64,000 nucleotides of DNA from Macrostomum hystrix (Eukaryota; Animalia; Platyhelminthes). Shown here piece by piece: positions 62,410 through 64,000 of the stretch (its first letter is position 1; each line of letters opens with the position of its first letter). The DNA is taken from NCBI GenBank assembly GCA_950097015.1, contig CATNEN010000035.1, positions 1,240,001-1,304,000 of the forward strand, written 5' to 3'. The position numbers were made by a program, and so were the translations under genes. Under the pieces are notes generated by a model. It did not search any database and was not told where the DNA came from. It saw only the letters and a program-made list of their open reading frames with translations.

Positions 62410-64000
62410 CTCTACTCAGTTCTCGGGTAGAGTGGCCAAAGTCTACTCAGTTCTCGGGAAGAGTGACCATAGTCTACTCAGTTCTCGGGAAGAGTGACCA
62501 AAGTCTACTCAGTTCTCAGGAAGAGTGACCAAAGTCTACTCAGTTCTCGGGTAGAGTGACCAAAGTCTACTCAGTTCTCGGGAAGAGTGACCAAAGTCTA
62601 CTCAGTTCTCGGGTAGAGTGACTAAAGTCTACTCAGTTCTCGGGAAGAGTGACCAAAGTCTACTCAGTTCTCGGGAAGAGTGACCAAAGTCTACTCGGTT
62701 CTCAGGAAGAGTGACCAAAGTCTACTCAGTTCTCGGGTAGAGTGACCAAACTCTACTCAGTTCTCGGGAAGAGTGACCAAACTCTACTCAGTTCTCAGGA
62801 AGAGTGACCAAAGTCTACTCAGTTCTCGAGTTGAGAGACCAAAGTCTACTCAGTTCTCAGGAAGAGTGACCAAAGTCTACTCAGTTCTCGGGTAGAGTGA
62901 CCAAAGTCTACTCAGTTCTCGGGAAGAGTGACCAAAGTCTACTCAGTTCTCGGGTAGAGTGACCAAAGTCTACTCAGTTCTCGGGAAGAGTGACCAAAGT
63001 CTACTCAGTTCTCTGGAAGAGTGACCAAAGTCTACTCAGTTCTCGGGAAGAGTGACCAAAGTCTACTCAGTTCTCGGGAAGAGTGACCAAAGTCTACTCG
63101 GTTCTCAGGAAGAGTGACCAAAGTCTACTCAGTTCTCGGGTAGAGTGACCAAAGTCTACTCAGTTCTCGGGTAGAGTGACCAAACTCTACTCAGTTCTCG
63201 GGAAGAGTGACCAAAGTCTACTCAGTTCTCTGGAAGAGTGACCAAAGTCTACTCAGTTCTCAGGAAGAGTGACCAAAGTCTACTCAGTTCTCGGGTAGAG
63301 TGACCAAAGTCTACTCAGTTCTCGAGTTGAGAGACCAAAGTCTACTCAGTTCTCAGGAAGAGTGACCAAAGTCTACTCAGTTCTCGGGTAGAGTGACCAA
63401 ACTCTACTCAGTTCTCAGGAAGAGTGACCAAAGTCTACTCAGTTCTCGAGTTGAGAGACCAAAGTCTACTCAGTTCTCAGGAAGAGTGACCAAAGTCTAC
63501 TCAGTTCTCGGGTAGAGTGACCAAAGTCTACTCAGTTCTCAGGAAGAGTGACCAAAGTCTACTCAGTTCTCGAGTTGAGAGACCAAAGTCTACTCAGTTC
63601 TCTGGAAGAGTGACCAAAGTCTACTCAGTTCTCTGGAAGAGTGACCAAAGTCTACTCAGTTCTCTGGAAGAGTGACCAAAGTCTACTCAGTTCTCAGGAA
63701 GAGTGACCAAAGTCTACTCAGTTCTCTGGAAGAGTGACCAAAGTCTACTCAGTTCTCAGGTAGAGTGATCAAAGTCTACTCAGTTCTCGGGAAGAGTGAC
63801 CAAAGTCTACTCAGTTCTCGGGGAGAGTGACCAAAGTCTACTCAGTTCTCTGGAAGAGTGACCAAAGTCTACTCAGTTCTCTGGAAGAGTGACCAAAGTC
63901 TACTCAGTTCTCGGGTAGAGTGACCAAAGTCTACTCAGTTCTCGGGAAGAGTGACCAAAGTCTACTCAGTTCTCGGGGAGAGTGACCAAAGTCTACTCAG
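62410..64000. repeat. 31-bp minisatellite x~51 (runs off window)
   Basis: Unit AGTCTACTCAGTTCTCGGGAAGAGTGACCAA; period 31 at 62534/62565. Confidence 0.97.

Overview
Eukaryotic (invertebrate animal) genomic DNA with spliceosomal introns. The short GT-AG introns, GC-rich exons, CAG tracts and very dense intronic minisatellites resemble a macrostomid-type flatworm, but the taxon is inference. Genes, left to right: two long-type ABCC/MRP transporters head-to-head (minus copy truncated by the window edge); two SLC10 Na+/bile-acid-symporter-family genes head-to-head (one intact, one multiply broken); an orphan polyQ ORF; a SYT14/16-like tandem-C2 gene; an RNF13/167-like PA-TM-RING ligase (5' end unresolved); an intact ABCG2-like half transporter. 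Around them lie an internally deleted Gypsy LTR element, a LINE fragment, two tRNA-derived SINE families, TTAA-flanked and 8-bp-TSD MITEs, and about 13 different minisatellites (roughly 10-11 kb). The strongest signal is a patchwork of near-identical tracts, introns included, between the otherwise diverged inverted ABCC paralogs, consistent with domain-restricted gene conversion. Also notable are a 46-bp perfect foldback with an 8-bp TSD and two minisatellites sharing a core in inverted orientation around exons of the C2 gene. All alignments, counts and GC estimates were done by eye.
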